A program made the position numbers and the translations under genes. 64,000 nt of DNA from Mobula hypostoma (taxonomy: Eukaryota), in NCBI RefSeq assembly GCF_963921235.1, contig NC_086100.1, positions 200,138,001 to 200,202,000 on the forward strand, written 5' to 3'. Under the pieces are notes generated by a model. The model saw nothing but the letters and a program-made list of their open reading frames with translations, searched no databases and had not been told where the DNA came from. This document shows, one piece after another, positions 61,320-64,000 of the stretch (positions are counted from its first letter, which is position 1; every line of letters begins with the position of its first letter).

Positions 61320-63385
61320 AAGCACAAGCGGAGTGGCCATTGTTGTGAGTGGGTCAGTGTTCAGAGTGGCTTTGGCTCATTGGGCTTGTGCAAGGTTTGG
61401 CTTGGGTGAGGTAAGCGACTGTTAAGTTTCTCTTTTTCTTCTTCATTGTTCATTCCTCGTCTGTTAGGATACAGTAGCGCAGAGAGAATGGCTCCAGAGA
61501 CAGTGTTTTGCTCTGTGTGTGAGATCTGGGAGACCTCCATTCTCACAGATAACCACATCTGCACCAGGTGCACCGAGCTCCAGCTCCTCAGAAACGGTGT
61601 TAAGGAACTGGAGCCGCAGTTCGATGACCTTCAGCTCATACAGGAGAATGAGGAGGTGATAGGCAGGAGCTACAGGGAGGCCGTGACCCCTGAGTTTCAG
61701 GAAGCAGGTACCGGGGTGACGGACAGGAGAAGGCGGGAAATACACATTGTATCGAATGGAGAAACAGGTGGGCAGAGGGGGTGCCTTGGTTCTGTTGGTA
61801 AAAAAAAATGAATTCAAATCACTAGAAAGAGGTGACATAGGTGCTGAATAGTTATGGGTTAAGCTGAAGAACTGCAACGGTGAAAAAGTCACTGATGGAA
61901 GTTACATGCAGGCTCCCAAACAGTTGTAAAAATGTGGTTTACAAATTACAACGTGAGGTACAATATGGACAATGTTATGATAGTCATGGGGGATTTCAAC
62001 ATGCAGATAGATCGAGAAAATCAGGTTGATGCAGCATCCCAAGAGAGGGAATTTCTAGAGTACATATGAGATGACATTTTAGCCAACTCATAGTTGATCC
62101 CATGATGTGATCAGCTATTCTGGATTGGGTGTTGTGCAATGAACTGTAATTGGTTTGAGAGATTCACGTAAAGGAACCCTCAGGGGCCGGTGATCATATT
62201 ATGATAGAATTCATCTTGCATTTTGAGAAGGAGAAGCTCATGTCAGATGTATCAGTATTATTGTGGAGTAAAGAGAATTACAGTGGCATGAGAGAGGAGC
62301 TGGCCAAAATTGATTGGAAAGGAACACTGGCAGGGATGATGGCAGAGCAGCAGTTTCTGGAATTTTTGGGAGCAATTTGGAAGGTGCAGGATTCCTTCCC
62401 AAAGAGGAAGAAGTATGCTAAAGGCAGGATGATATTGCTGTGACCAACAAGAGAAGTCAAACCCAAGAATTAGTGGGAAGTTAGAGGACTGGAAAATGCT
62501 TTAAAACCAACAGAATGAAACTAAAAATAGTCATAAAGAAGGAAAACACGGAAGATGAAAATAAGCTAGCAATAATTTTAAAGAGGATACCAAAACTTTC
62601 TTCAAATACATAAAGTGTAACAGAGAGGTGAGAGTCGACATCTGATTACTGGAAAATGATGCTGGGGTGGTGGGGGGGGGTGGGGTGGGTGATGAACAAG
62701 AAAATGATGAATGAACTGAAGAAGTATTCTGCAGCTGTCTTCACTGTGGAAGACACTAGCAGTATGCTGGAAGTTTGAGTGTGTCGGGGGCAGAAGTGTG
62801 TGATGTTGCTATTATTAGAGAGAAGGTTCTTGGGAAACAGTAAAGTCTGAAGGTAGATAAGTCACCAGGACCAGATACCATACGCCTCAGGGTTCTTAAA
62901 GAGGTGACTGAAGAGACTGTGGAGGCATTGGGAGTGAAATTTCAAGAATCAATTGCTTCTCGCATGCTTCCAGAGGAATGGAACATTGCAAGGATCACTC
63001 CATTCTTCAAGAAGGGAGCAAGGCAGAAAAAGGAAATTATAGGCCAGTTAGTCTGACCTCAGTGATTGTGAAGATGTAGCAGTTGTTTGTTAAGGATGTG
63101 GTTTTGGGGTACTTGAAAGCACATGATACAATGGGCCACAGTTAGCATGGGAAAGTCTTGCCTGACAAATCTGCTGGAATTGTTTGCCACAAATGGCTGT
63201 GGAGGTCAAGTCATTGAGAATATTTAAAGTGGAGATTGAAAAGTTCTTGATTAGTCAGGGCATGAACAGTTACGTGAAGAAGGCAGGAGAATGAGTTTGA
63301 CAGGGTTAATAAATTAGCAATGATGGTTGATCAGACTCAATGGGCTGAATGGCCTAATTGAGCTGGTCTGTCTGAAGGTCTTGTG
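61320..63385 (+). mobile_element. Decayed, internally deleted CR1 LINE
   Basis: CSVCEIW..HICTRCTELQLL (ORF1); MGDFNM, DHIMIEF (endonuclease); KSPGPD, NYRPVSLTS (RT); 3' end. Confidence 0.8.
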
Positions 63386-63409
63386 GTGTTTACACACACC
63401 AGTCCTTAC

Positions 63410-64000
63410 TGAGGGATCAGCATTGGAAAGGGTGAGGTTCCTGGCTGTCAACGTCTCAGAGGATTTACCCTTGGCCTAACATATTGATGCAACTATGAGG
63501 AAAGCACGTTAATGACTATATTTCATTAGGAGTTTGAGGAGACTTGTTTGTCTCCAAAGACTCTATCAAATTTCTACAGATGTCTTAAAAAGGAAGCATC
63601 CACCATTAAGGACCCTCACCATCTGGGACGAGTCCTCTTCTCATTGCTTCCTCAGGGAGGGGGTTCGGGAGCCTGAAGACCCACACGCAATGTTTTAGGA
63701 AAAGATTCTTCCCCTCTGCTATCAGAGTTCTGAATGGTCCATGAACCCACAAACATAACATCACTATCTTGCTCTTGGAAGATAGTCAACCAATTCATAA
63801 TTGGCTTGCTGAATCATTGAGTGTGGGTCTTTCCTGTACCTCCTCCCTGACAGAAAGAATGAGATGCATACAGGGCTAGTCTAGAAGATAAGGTTTGAGA
63901 GATCCAAGGGAGGCTAGTCAACTAATAATTGGTTTGATGGGAAGAAGCAAAGGGTGAGGATTGAAGCCAGAGGAAGGTGTTTCTTGGACAGGAGACCTGT
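63410..64000 (+). mobile_element. Rex1/Babar-like fragment followed by a CR1 RT fragment
   Basis: Same order and junction sequences as 11375-12370. Confidence 0.6.

Overview
Vertebrate genomic DNA, most likely from a cartilaginous fish (an inference from the CR1, Penelope, V-SINE and L1 repeat mix). The only host protein-coding sequence is one giant minus-strand exon (2108-~7018) encoding an intact GVIN1/URGCP-family very large GTPase. Upstream of it lie ~33 kb of nested retroelements. One CR1 LINE hosts a solo LTR, a Penelope element with a hammerhead ribozyme motif (itself hosting an RTE fragment), and a full-length L1 whose YADD motif is split by a young CR1. Two fused Gypsy elements follow, and the second carries a captured CD2AP/SH3KBP1-like coiled-coil fragment in place of most of pol. 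At 39.66-40.8 kb there is a duplicated module with an IRF/ISRE site and an E-box, plus a GAS site in one copy. It is a candidate interferon-responsive promoter for the GTPase. The spacer of the second duplicate has expanded into a ~20 kb C/T-rich satellite with a G-rich minus strand. The 6742-aa ORF and the dozens of ORFs in that satellite are compositional artefacts.
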